A stretch of DNA of 32,000 nucleotides from Alkanindiges illinoisensis DSM 15370. Its GTDB lineage: Bacteria > Pseudomonadota > Gammaproteobacteria > Pseudomonadales > Moraxellaceae. A program made the position numbers and the translations under genes. The DNA lies in contig NZ_JHUX01000004.1 of the NCBI RefSeq assembly GCF_000619845.1, positions 120,001-152,000 on the forward strand, given 5' to 3'. This document shows, one piece after another, positions 24,013 to 32,000 of this stretch. The stretch's first letter is position 1. Each line of letters opens with the position of its first letter. The notes under the pieces were generated by a model that was not told the origin of the DNA, did no database searches, and saw only the letters and a list, made by a program, of their open reading frames with translations.

Positions 24013-27000
24013 ATGCCTAAACGTACAGACATAAAAAGCATCCTGATTATTGGTGCTGGCCCGATTGTGATTGGTCAGGCCTGTGAGTTTGACTATTCCG
24101 GTGCACAGGCCTGTAAAGCGCTGCGTGAAGAAGGTTACCGCGTCATTCTGGTGAACTCAAATCCGGCCACCATCATGACCGACCCCAGCATGGCTGACTC
24201 AACCTATATTGAGCCAATCACCTGGCAGACGGTTGCACAAATCATTGAAAAAGAACGTCCTGATGCCGTGTTGCCAACCATGGGTGGCCAGACTGCGCTG
24301 AACTGCGCGCTGGCACTGGATGCCAATGGCGTGCTGGAAAAATATAACGTTGAGCTGATTGGTGCGACCAAAGAAGCCATTGAAATGGCCGAAGACCGCA
24401 AGCTGTTCGATCAGGCCATGCGTCGTATTGGACTGGAATGCCCACGTGCTGCCGTGGCCAGCAACATGGAAGAAGCCTTTGAAATTCAGGCCAAACTGGG
24501 CTTTCCAGCGATTATCCGTCCTTCTTTCACCATGGGTGGTTCAGGTGGCGGGATTGCCTACAACCGTGAAGAGTTCATTGAAATCTGTGAACGTGGCTTC
24601 GATCTTTCCCCAACCAAGCAATTACTGATTGATGAATCATTGATTGGCTGGAAAGAATACGAAATGGAAGTGGTACGTGATAAAAACGACAACTGCATTA
24701 TCGTCTGTTCCATTGAAAATTTTGACCCGATGGGCGTGCATACCGGTGATTCGATTACCGTTGCTCCGGCGCAAACCCTGACAGACAAAGAATACCAGTT
24801 GATGCGTAATGCATCGGTTGCGGTATTGCGTGAAATTGGTGTGGAAACCGGTGGTTCCAACGTTCAGTTTGGGATTAACCCCAAAGATGGCCGCATGGTG
24901 GTCATTGAAATGAACCCGCGTGTGTCACGTTCATCTGCACTGGCGTCCAAGGCAACTGGCTTCCCGATTGCCAAGATTGCCGCCAAGCTGGCCGTGGGTT
25001 ATACGCTGGATGAACTAAAAAATGACATTACCGGCGGTGCAACCCCGGCGTCATTTGAGCCGTCCATTGACTATGTCGTGACCAAGATTCCACGCTTTAA
25101 CTTTGAAAAATTCCCGCAGGCCGAGCCAATCCTGACGACCCAGATGAAGTCTGTGGGTGAAGTGATGGCGATTGGCCGCAGCTTCCAGGAATCGGTGCAC
25201 AAAGCCTTGCGTGGCCTTGAAGTGGGTGCATCCGGTTTTGATGAAAAAATTCCATTGGGTGCAGAAGGCGCAGAAGATAAACTACGCCTTGAACTCAAAG
25301 TGCCCGGCCCAGACCGGATCTGGTACGTGGCTGATGCCTTCCGTCATGGCATGAGTCTGGAACAGGTGTTTGAATATACTGCGATTGATCCATGGTTTCT
25401 GGTACAGATTGAAGACATTGTTAAAACCGAAGAACAGGTTAAACAACTGGGCTTTGCTGGCTTAACCTACGATGTAATGCGCAGCTTAAAGCGTAAGGGC
25501 CTGTCTGACTTGCGTATTGCCAATCTGCTGGGTATTCGCCAGAAACAGTTGCGTAAGCGCCGCTGGGATCTGGGCATTCATCCGGTGTACAAGCGTGTGG
25601 ATACCTGTGCCGCCGAGTTTGCCACCAGCACTGCTTATATGTATTCCACCTATGAAGATGAGTGCGAAGCCAACCCCAGCAACCGTGACAAAATCATGGT
25701 ACTGGGCGGCGGGCCAAACCGGATTGGTCAGGGCATTGAGTTTGACTATTGCTGCGTGCATGCTGCTCTCGCCATGCGTGAAGATAGTTATGAAACCATC
25801 ATGGTCAACTGTAACCCGGAAACCGTTTCCACTGACTATGACACTTCAGACCGCCTGTACTTTGAACCGGTCACTCTGGAAGATGTGCTGGAAATTATCC
25901 GCCTTGAAAAACCCAAGGGCGTGATTGTGCAGTACGGTGGCCAAACCCCACTGAAACTGGCCCGTGCGCTAGAAGAAGCAGGCGCGCCCATCATTGGCAC
26001 CTCGCCGGATGCGATTGACCGTGCAGAAGACCGTGAACGCTTCCAGCAAATGATTGAGCGCCTGAATTTGCGCCAGCCACCAAACCGCATTATCCGCAGT
26101 GCTGAAGAAGGCATTGTGGAAGCTGAAAAAGTGGGTTATCCGCTGGTGGTGCGTCCTTCCTATGTACTGGGTGGCCGCGCCATGGAAATCGTGTATAACG
26201 TGGATGAACTCAAACGTTATTTGCGTGAAGCGGTACAAGCCTCCAATGAAGCCCCGGTATTGCTTGATCGCTTCCTGGATGACGCCATTGAAGTGGACGT
26301 GGACTGTGTGTCTGACGGCACCACGGTGGTAATTGGCGGCATTATGCAGCACATTGAACAGGCTGGCGTTCACTCCGGTGACTCGGCCTGTTCACTACCA
26401 CCATATTCATTGTCTGATGACATCCAGAATGTGATGCGCGAGCAAACCATTGCCATGGCCAAGGAATTGGGCGTGGTTGGTCTAATGAACGTGCAGTTTG
26501 CAGTCAAAGGCAATGATGTTTATATTCTGGAAGTGAACCCACGTGCCTCACGAACTGTGCCGTTTGTGTCCAAGTGCATTGGGGTGAGTCTGGCCAAGAT
26601 TGCAGCACGCTGCATGGCGGGCAAAACGCTGGCCGAGCAGAACTTTACCACTGAAATTGTGCCCAAGTTCTTTGCGGTGAAAGAAGCGGTATTCCCGTTT
26701 GCCAAATTCCCGGGTGTTGATCCAATCCTTGGGCCAGAGATGAAGTCCACTGGTGAAGTGATGGGCGTGGGCAAAACCTTTGGTGAAGCGTTCTACAAGG
26801 CAGTTCTGGGCAGTAATGACCGTCTGCCGGGCAAGCCAGTTGAGGGTGAAATCAAGCGCGCGTTCCTGTCGGTGCGTGATAGCGACAAGCCACATATTGC
26901 TGCCGTTGCTACAAAGCTCAGTGAGTTGGGTTTTAAACTGGTTGCTACCGGTGGTACTTACCGCATGCTGCAAGAACAGGGCATTGAATGCGAGCGTGTG

Positions 27001-27243
27001 AATAAAGTCACTGAAGGCCGTCCGCACATTGTAGACCGCTTGAAAAATGAAGAGATTCACCTCATTATCAATACCACTGAAGGCAAACAGGCACAGCAGG
27101 ATTCATTTTCGATCCGTCGTAGTGCCCTGCAAGGTAAAGTGTATTACACCACGACCTTAAGTGGTGCGGATGCAGTGTGCCAGGCTGTGAATATCCAACT
27201 GCCAATGGACGTTTATCGTTTGCAAGATTTGCAAAACATCTAA
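24013..27243 (+). CDS. carB: Carbamoyl-phosphate synthase large subunit
   Basis: The 1076-aa product [42 protein letters not shown]... has duplicated ATP-grasp halves and is full-length colinear with CarB. Confidence 0.97.
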   Translation: MPKRTDIKSILIIGAGPIVIGQACEFDYSGAQACKALREEGYRVILVNSNPATIMTDPSMADSTYIEPITWQTVAQIIEKERPDAVLPTMGGQTALNCALALDANGVLEKYNVELIGATKEAIEMAEDRKLFDQAMRRIGLECPRAAVASNMEEAFEIQAKLGFPAIIRPSFTMGGSGGGIAYNREEFIEICERGFDLSPTKQLLIDESLIGWKEYEMEVVRDKNDNCIIVCSIENFDPMGVHTGDSITVAPAQTLTDKEYQLMRNASVAVLREIGVETGGSNVQFGINPKDGRMVVIEMNPRVSRSSALASKATGFPIAKIAAKLAVGYTLDELKNDITGGATPASFEPSIDYVVTKIPRFNFEKFPQAEPILTTQMKSVGEVMAIGRSFQESVHKALRGLEVGASGFDEKIPLGAEGAEDKLRLELKVPGPDRIWYVADAFRHGMSLEQVFEYTAIDPWFLVQIEDIVKTEEQVKQLGFAGLTYDVMRSLKRKGLSDLRIANLLGIRQKQLRKRRWDLGIHPVYKRVDTCAAEFATSTAYMYSTYEDECEANPSNRDKIMVLGGGPNRIGQGIEFDYCCVHAALAMREDSYETIMVNCNPETVSTDYDTSDRLYFEPVTLEDVLEIIRLEKPKGVIVQYGGQTPLKLARALEEAGAPIIGTSPDAIDRAEDRERFQQMIERLNLRQPPNRIIRSAEEGIVEAEKVGYPLVVRPSYVLGGRAMEIVYNVDELKRYLREAVQASNEAPVLLDRFLDDAIEVDVDCVSDGTTVVIGGIMQHIEQAGVHSGDSACSLPPYSLSDDIQNVMREQTIAMAKELGVVGLMNVQFAVKGNDVYILEVNPRASRTVPFVSKCIGVSLAKIAARCMAGKTLAEQNFTTEIVPKFFAVKEAVFPFAKFPGVDPILGPEMKSTGEVMGVGKTFGEAFYKAVLGSNDRLPGKPVEGEIKRAFLSVRDSDKPHIAAVATKLSELGFKLVATGGTYRMLQEQGIECERVNKVTEGRPHIVDRLKNEEIHLIINTTEGKQAQQDSFSIRRSALQGKVYYTTTLSGADAVCQAVNIQLPMDVYRLQDLQNI

Positions 27244-27256
27244 TAGCGTCTAAAGG

Positions 27257-27291
27257 GTTCCGCTACTGTTTAGTGGCGGGGCTTTTTTTTT
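27257..27291 (+). terminator. Intrinsic terminator after carB
   Basis: ccgctact-gttt-agtggcgg hairpin followed by ggc and a T9 run. Confidence 0.7.
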
Positions 27292-27351
27292 AGCGCTGGA
27301 TTTATTTTTTGTGATGAACACAGGTGCTTTACCATTTAAAAGGACATGATT

Positions 27352-27831
27352 ATGCAACGCTATCCCATGACCCCCCAGGGTGAACAAGCCCTGAAAGAAG
27401 AACTGCAACAATTAAAATCAGTGGAACGTCCACGGATTATTGCGGCAATTGCTGAAGCACGGGCGCATGGCGACCTGAAGGAAAATGCGGAATACCATGC
27501 CGCCAAGGAACAGCAAGGCTTTTGCGAAGGCCGGATTCAGGAAATTGAAGCCAAGCTGGGTGCAGCTGATGTGATTGACGTAGCTAAGCTGCAACAGGAT
27601 GGCCGTGTGGTGTTTGGCGTGACGGTTGAAATTGAAAATCTGGATACTGAAGAACGTCGCAGCTATCAGCTGGTAGGCGACGATGAAGCTGACTATAAGG
27701 TCAATAAAATTTCCATTAACTCACCAATTGCCCGTGGCCTGATTGGCAAGCGCGAAGGCGATGAAGTCAAGATTCAAACGCCCAAAGGTGAAGTTGAATA
27801 TGAAATCATGAGTGTGAAATATATTGGTTAA
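27352..27831 (+). CDS. greA: Transcription elongation factor GreA
   Basis: [62 protein letters not shown] is near-identical in pattern to E. coli GreA. Confidence 0.95.
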   Translation: MQRYPMTPQGEQALKEELQQLKSVERPRIIAAIAEARAHGDLKENAEYHAAKEQQGFCEGRIQEIEAKLGAADVIDVAKLQQDGRVVFGVTVEIENLDTEERRSYQLVGDDEADYKVNKISINSPIARGLIGKREGDEVKIQTPKGEVEYEIMSVKYIG

Positions 27832-28102
27832 TAGCCAATAGATCTTCAGGCTAGTAATAAAGGCTGCATGATGAACGGTGCCCCAAAAGCTGGGCAATGA
27901 ATTAAGCGACTCGTCAGATCTGTTTTCTATAATGAATAGGAAGCAGGCCTTTTTTATTGTGCAGTGTCTGTTTGTTTTAAGCGGATCATTCAAGCGGCAG
28001 AATGAGCGTTTCTGCACAGTCAGCAAGCTACTCTGGTATGGCAGCAATTTGCCCTGTCATTATACTGGTTTGCATCATCCACATGATCCAGAGCGCTGAT
28101 CC

Positions 28103-28639
28103 ATGAAAAAAATATCTGCCTTATTAGCCCTGCTCCTGAGTACCACTCCTGCCTTTGCCGATGATTTTACTGTCAGCAGCCATGACATGAATGCACAGCA
28201 ACCCTTAGCCATGAATCAGGTGTTTAATGGTTTTGGCTGTACTGGTAAAAATCTGTCACCACAACTTTCATGGCAACATGCACCAGCCAACAGTAAAAGT
28301 TTTGCCATTACGCTGTATGATCCTGATGCGCCCACTGGCAGCGGTTGGTGGCACTGGACAGTGGTCAACATTCCCGCCACTATTCTTCAATTGCCTACGG
28401 GTGCAGGTAGTAAACACAGCAACTTGCCAGTCGGCAGCATGCAGGGTCGCAATGATTTTGGCTTTGGCGGTGCCTGTCCTCCGGCTGGCGATAAGCCGCA
28501 TCGCTATATTCTAACCGTCTGGGCACTGGATACTGATAAACTACATGTAACCCGGAATATGAGTGCTGCCATGATTGGTTTTATGTTGAACGCGCACAAA
28601 CTGGCCACAGCCAGCCTGACTGCAACTTATGGTCGCTAA
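28103..28639 (+). CDS. YbhB/YbcL-family PEBP (Raf-kinase-inhibitor-like) periplasmic protein
   Basis: Signal peptide, plus YDPDAPTGSGWWHW and GACPPAGDKPHRYILTVWALD, the PEBP family signatures. Confidence 0.8.
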   Translation: MKKISALLALLLSTTPAFADDFTVSSHDMNAQQPLAMNQVFNGFGCTGKNLSPQLSWQHAPANSKSFAITLYDPDAPTGSGWWHWTVVNIPATILQLPTGAGSKHSNLPVGSMQGRNDFGFGGACPPAGDKPHRYILTVWALDTDKLHVTRNMSAAMIGFMLNAHKLATASLTATYGR

Positions 28640-29476
28640 GTGATGGTTGCTCAGTTACTGCCTGCCTCTGAGCAAATGCTGCTGCAAAATAGCCAGATGG
28701 ACTTTGCCACCATCCGGGCCAGACAGCAGCAGCATATCCGGCGAGTGCATATCTTGGCACCTGCCCTGTGCCGTATTATTCAGGGACATAAAATTTTGCA
28801 CTGGCAACAACAGGCATTAAAAGTCACTTCCAGCGACCTGCTGCTATTTCCGGCAGGTGCTGTGGTTGATATTGAAAACCATCCTGAACAGCAGCTTTAT
28901 AAAGCTGAAATCGTTAGCTTTCCCCTACCACTGATTCACCAGTATCAATTAATGCGGCAGGCGCATGCAGGTACGCTTCAACCTTCGGCGCCTGTCATTA
29001 CATCCCTATCCATGCCAATTACCTCAGAACTGGATTTTTGCTGGCAAACCCTGACCCACAGTATTCAGCAGCCGCTTTCCTGGCCGGTGCAACAGCATTT
29101 TGCCCAGGGTCTGTTACTGGCGCTGGAAGGGAGTGTGCTGCTGGAAAACCTGCTGGTGATTGAACAGCATCAATTGCGGCATAAATTACAGCAATTGTTT
29201 TTAAGAGAGTGCGGGCTGGACTGGAAACTGGCAGATGCTGCCCACTGGCTGCACTTGGGCGAATCCACCATTCGGCGCAAACTGGCCGAGGAAGGCAGCA
29301 GTTTTCGGCAAGTGCTGGATGAAGTGCGTTTTACCGTGGCGCTGGGCATGGTGCAAACCACTGATTTACCCATTAGCAGGGTGGCAGAACATTGCGGCTA
29401 TGAATCAGCCTCACGCTTTGCAGTGAAATTTAAAAGCATGTATGGCATTTCGCCCAGTGAGCTGCGGATCAACTAA
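28640..29476 (+). CDS. AraC-family transcriptional regulator
   Basis: C-terminal double HTH: LADAAHWLHLGESTIRRKLAEEGSSFRQVL ... ISRVAEHCGYESASRFAVKFKSMYGISPSELR. Confidence 0.8.
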   Translation: MMVAQLLPASEQMLLQNSQMDFATIRARQQQHIRRVHILAPALCRIIQGHKILHWQQQALKVTSSDLLLFPAGAVVDIENHPEQQLYKAEIVSFPLPLIHQYQLMRQAHAGTLQPSAPVITSLSMPITSELDFCWQTLTHSIQQPLSWPVQQHFAQGLLLALEGSVLLENLLVIEQHQLRHKLQQLFLRECGLDWKLADAAHWLHLGESTIRRKLAEEGSSFRQVLDEVRFTVALGMVQTTDLPISRVAEHCGYESASRFAVKFKSMYGISPSELRIN

Positions 29477-29809
29477 TTTTAAATAGCTGGCTTGTTTTAA
29501 ATGCTTAAAAAGCTGCATTTGAAAAACCAGATTGCCTTTGAGCAGTCAACTGCCTATATTCAACCGATGGCCCATTTAACGCTGCATTCCTCAAGCTGTG
29601 TATTCCATGCATTATTTCAATCAGAACAATGCCGTGGCAAACAGGCTTGCCTGCACATTAACCAGCCTAAACACAAGAAACAGTTGCTGATCTGATCGGG
29701 GCAACTGTTCCGTCAGATGAGTGACGGAACAGTGCAAAGCCCTACGCTACAAACAACTTCCCACCATCTGATGTCCCCTAAGCCGGTCAGTATTGCTTAG
29801 AGAACGCTC

Positions 29810-30697
29810 ATGTCTTTTGATTTTTCCGGAATCTGGATTCCCCTCATTACCCCACTGCATTCTGACGATGAGGGGGTGGATCATACCGCCCTGTCCCAAC
29901 TGGTTGCACAGTACCGAAGCAGCGGCATTCGTGGTTTTGCCAGCTTAAGTACCACGGGTGAAGCCTCGTTACTGAACGCTGAAGAACAGGATGCCGTACT
30001 TGATACAACCTTAACCGCAGCGCAAGGTTTACCCGTCATTGCCGGGCTAATTGCCAGTACTTTTAAAGCAGCCTGTGAACGCATACGCCAGCTCAACCAG
30101 TATGACATTGCAGGGATTATGCTTAGCTCGCCCAGCTATATCCGGCCTTCGCAACAGGGGCTGGTTGATTACTTTAGCCGGCTAGCGGATATCAGTGAAA
30201 AACCATTGGTAATTTATGAAATTCCCTATCGCACAGGCATTCGCATGGAACTGTCATCGCTATTAACGCTGGCGCGTCATCCGAATATTCAGGCCATCAA
30301 GGATTGTGCGGGATCACCGACAATCACTCAGGCCTTAATCGACGCTGGCAATCTGCAAGTGCTGACGGGTGAAGATTTCAATATTTTTAATACTCTGTGC
30401 ATGGGTGGACACGGAGCCATTGCAGCAGCAACGCATATCCGGCCAGATTTATATGTCAGCATGATGCAGGCGATTCAAGCGGGTCAATTGGCTAAAGCAC
30501 GGCAGATTTTTGCCAGTGTCACTCCATTAATCCAGCAGTTATTTGCTGAACCTAACCCTGCGCCACTCAAAGGCTTGCTGGCACAACAGGGCCATATCGC
30601 CAATCAACTCCATTTTCCTCTGCTACCCGCGTCTACAGGACTGGTGGAACAGCTTGGCCGTCTGGCACAGCAACTGGATACATCATATCCTGCCTAA
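29810..30697 (+). CDS. Dihydrodipicolinate synthase/N-acetylneuraminate lyase-family enzyme
   Basis: PLITP, TTGEASLL..EE, IYEIPYRTG and the IKDCAG (Schiff-base Lys context) layout typical of the DHDPS family. The exact substrate cannot be called. Confidence 0.75.
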   Translation: MSFDFSGIWIPLITPLHSDDEGVDHTALSQLVAQYRSSGIRGFASLSTTGEASLLNAEEQDAVLDTTLTAAQGLPVIAGLIASTFKAACERIRQLNQYDIAGIMLSSPSYIRPSQQGLVDYFSRLADISEKPLVIYEIPYRTGIRMELSSLLTLARHPNIQAIKDCAGSPTITQALIDAGNLQVLTGEDFNIFNTLCMGGHGAIAAATHIRPDLYVSMMQAIQAGQLAKARQIFASVTPLIQQLFAEPNPAPLKGLLAQQGHIANQLHFPLLPASTGLVEQLGRLAQQLDTSYPA

Positions 30698-30787
30698 CTG
30701 CTATTGAATGACATATGCTGAACTGGCTGCAATAGACCAGTTCAGCAATCATTTACTGTAAAACCAATCTCTTTTTGAGCGCAATTT

Positions 30788-31372
30788 TTAAACGGGATTT
30801 TTGGCCATATTTTTTTCAATCCGGCTGTCTGGAATTACCCAAAGCAATGCAATCGCCAGATAAATCAGTTGGGCCAGCCATTCATAATAAAATGCCAGCG
30901 GTACCGCCAGACAATAACCAATCACTGAAAAAATGCCCTTATAATCGCGGCCAATGGCAAAGCGCAAGGTGTTATTTTCTTCCGCAGCACAGGTAATACT
31001 ATGAACCAGCATCCAGTAAGCCACGGCACAAGCCGCCAGATTCACCCCATAAACCGCGGTGGGCAGCGCATTAAAATGATTTTCCCCCATCCAGCCAGTG
31101 CTAAACGGCAATAGTGACAGCCAGAATAGCAAATGCAGGTTGGCCCATAACACCCGGCCATTGATATGGTGAGTGGCATGCAGCAGGTGATGGTGATTAT
31201 TCCAGTAAATGCCAATGTATAAAAAGCTCAGGATATAGCTTAAAAACACAGGAATTAATGGCGTAAGCGCATGCAGGTCTGAACCATGCGGCACTTTAAG
31301 CTCCAGCACCATAATGGTAATGACAATGGCCAGCACGCCATCACTAAAGGCTTCAAGCCGGTTCTTTTGCAC
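30788..31372 (-). CDS. TMEM175/DUF1211-family membrane protein (putative K+ channel)
   Basis: The N-terminal signature RLEAFSDGVLAIVITIMVLE (RxxxFSD) and multiple TM helices. Confidence 0.75.
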   Translation of the reverse strand: MQKNRLEAFSDGVLAIVITIMVLELKVPHGSDLHALTPLIPVFLSYILSFLYIGIYWNNHHHLLHATHHINGRVLWANLHLLFWLSLLPFSTGWMGENHFNALPTAVYGVNLAACAVAYWMLVHSITCAAEENNTLRFAIGRDYKGIFSVIGYCLAVPLAFYYEWLAQLIYLAIALLWVIPDSRIEKNMAKNPV

Positions 31373-31461
31373 AATGGATTCCTTATGTGTTGCTAACAGA
31401 TGGTTCTGTTTAATAAAAATTTAAAGCCCTAAACGTGTTTCAAGCGCTGCAATCTGCTGAC

Positions 31462-32000
31462 TTAACCCGGTTGGGCCAAATTCGCTTGGGTCATTGTGGC
31501 TGGTGGAAATGTCATTTTAAAATGAGTCATTTTAAAAGCGGCCAGCACCTTGCCCTGGCTTAAATCCGGGAAGTAAAACGGATCAAACCACCAGTTTTTT
31601 ATAGTGGCCAAACAGGCCTGACCGCTGGCTTCCGGCGCTGTATAAAAGCGTTTGCCACCCCAGTCCTGCACTAGCGTCCTTAAGCGTGCTGGAATTAGCG
31701 CAGTGCTCACCGGAAATGTAAAGCGGTTGGCTTGTAGTTCAATTTGGGCAATGGCTTGCTGGTCTAGTGTTTTCAGCTGTATGGATTCAGCCTGCAATTG
31801 GGTTGCCGCGCTGTCCTGTTGATAATCAAACTCAGCCAGTTGCTTGGAAATGCCCCAGTTTTGCTGACCATTAATGACTGATGCCATAGTTGATACATAA
31901 ATTTTATCAATGGATGGATAACCCGCCACTATCCCGTGGCTCAGGTGCGGAATATGCAATAGTTCATCATAAGGCCCGACATCACTTTGGCGATAGTGGG
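31462..32000 (-). CDS. Acetoacetate-decarboxylase-like family protein (5' end outside the window)
   Basis: The ORF stays open to the window edge (upstream codons read HYRQSDVGPYDELLHIPHL). SDVGPYDEL and the C-terminal pattern recall the ADC-like family. Low certainty. Confidence 0.4.
   Translation of the reverse strand, partial: HYRQSDVGPYDELLHIPHLSHGIVAGYPSIDKIYVSTMASVINGQQNWGISKQLAEFDYQQDSAATQLQAESIQLKTLDQQAIAQIELQANRFTFPVSTALIPARLRTLVQDWGGKRFYTAPEASGQACLATIKNWWFDPFYFPDLSQGKVLAAFKMTHFKMTFPPATMTQANLAQPG

Noticed and set aside
24204-27060. Many 60-170-aa ORFs on both strands within carB
   Set aside because: These are shadow or alternative-frame ORFs inside a full-length, strongly conserved carB. 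They have no SD or motif support.
27721-28099. 108-aa minus-strand and 73-aa plus-strand ORFs in and after the greA 3' end
   Set aside because: They overlap each other and greA and have no motifs or SD. The ~270-bp greA/PEBP-gene spacer is more likely regulatory or terminator sequence.
29501-29695. 64-aa ORF between the AraC gene and the DHDPS-family gene
   Set aside because: It has no SD and an odd composition, and it lies in the probable promoter region controlled by the AraC regulator.
1-32000. Search by eye for CRISPR arrays, tRNA/rRNA genes, IS/transposase genes, reverse transcriptases and toxin-antitoxin pairs
   Set aside because: I found no regularly spaced short repeats, no tRNA-like cloverleaf other than the tmRNA 3' domain, and no DDE/RT motifs in any listed ORF. 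Absence cannot be proven without tools.

Overview
This 32-kb chromosomal window comes from a gammaproteobacterium that looks Moraxellaceae/Acinetobacter-like (tmRNA tag peptide ANDETYALAA, glpK, carA-orf-carB-greA). Bases 762-18298 are a ~17.5-kb genomic island, visibly more AT-rich than the core. It sits immediately downstream of ssrA (tmRNA, minus strand, 18340-18697). A perfect 43-bp direct repeat (762-804 and 18256-18298) bounds it and contains the ssrA terminator hairpin. A P4-type tyrosine integrase lies at the ssrA-proximal end, and AGGATACA repeat pairs sit just inside both ends. The island looks composite. A backbone module (HTH regulator, AlpA-like HTH, DUF3631-type P-loop protein, YagK/YfjJ-like HxH protein, very acidic small protein, XRE regulator, membrane DjlA-like J-protein, HPD-less J-like paralog) is followed by very AT-rich cargo 1, a 907-aa PHP + SMC/ABC-like ATPase. 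Next comes a decayed integrase 3' fragment fused to a decayed second copy of the J-like gene. Cargo 2 follows: a Type II R-M-like locus with two SPPY/SPPF amino-methyltransferases, two paralogous Zn-ribbon HNH endonucleases, one intact C (controller) gene with C-boxes and one frameshifted C copy. The intact integrase closes the island. The best candidates for something new are the dual-HNH/dual-methyltransferase locus, the membrane J-domain pair, and the J-like gene / cargo / integrase hotspot. The rest of the window is ordinary core: HEAT-repeat protein, DUF971, glpK, two hydrophilic LEA-like repeat proteins, carA, a low-GC secreted ORF, carB, greA, a PEBP/YbcL-like protein, an AraC regulator, a DHDPS-family enzyme, a TMEM175/DUF1211 channel and a partial acetoacetate-decarboxylase-like gene. 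I saw no CRISPR array, rRNA, tRNA or recognisable transposase. All family assignments rest on motif recognition by eye; no database search was run.
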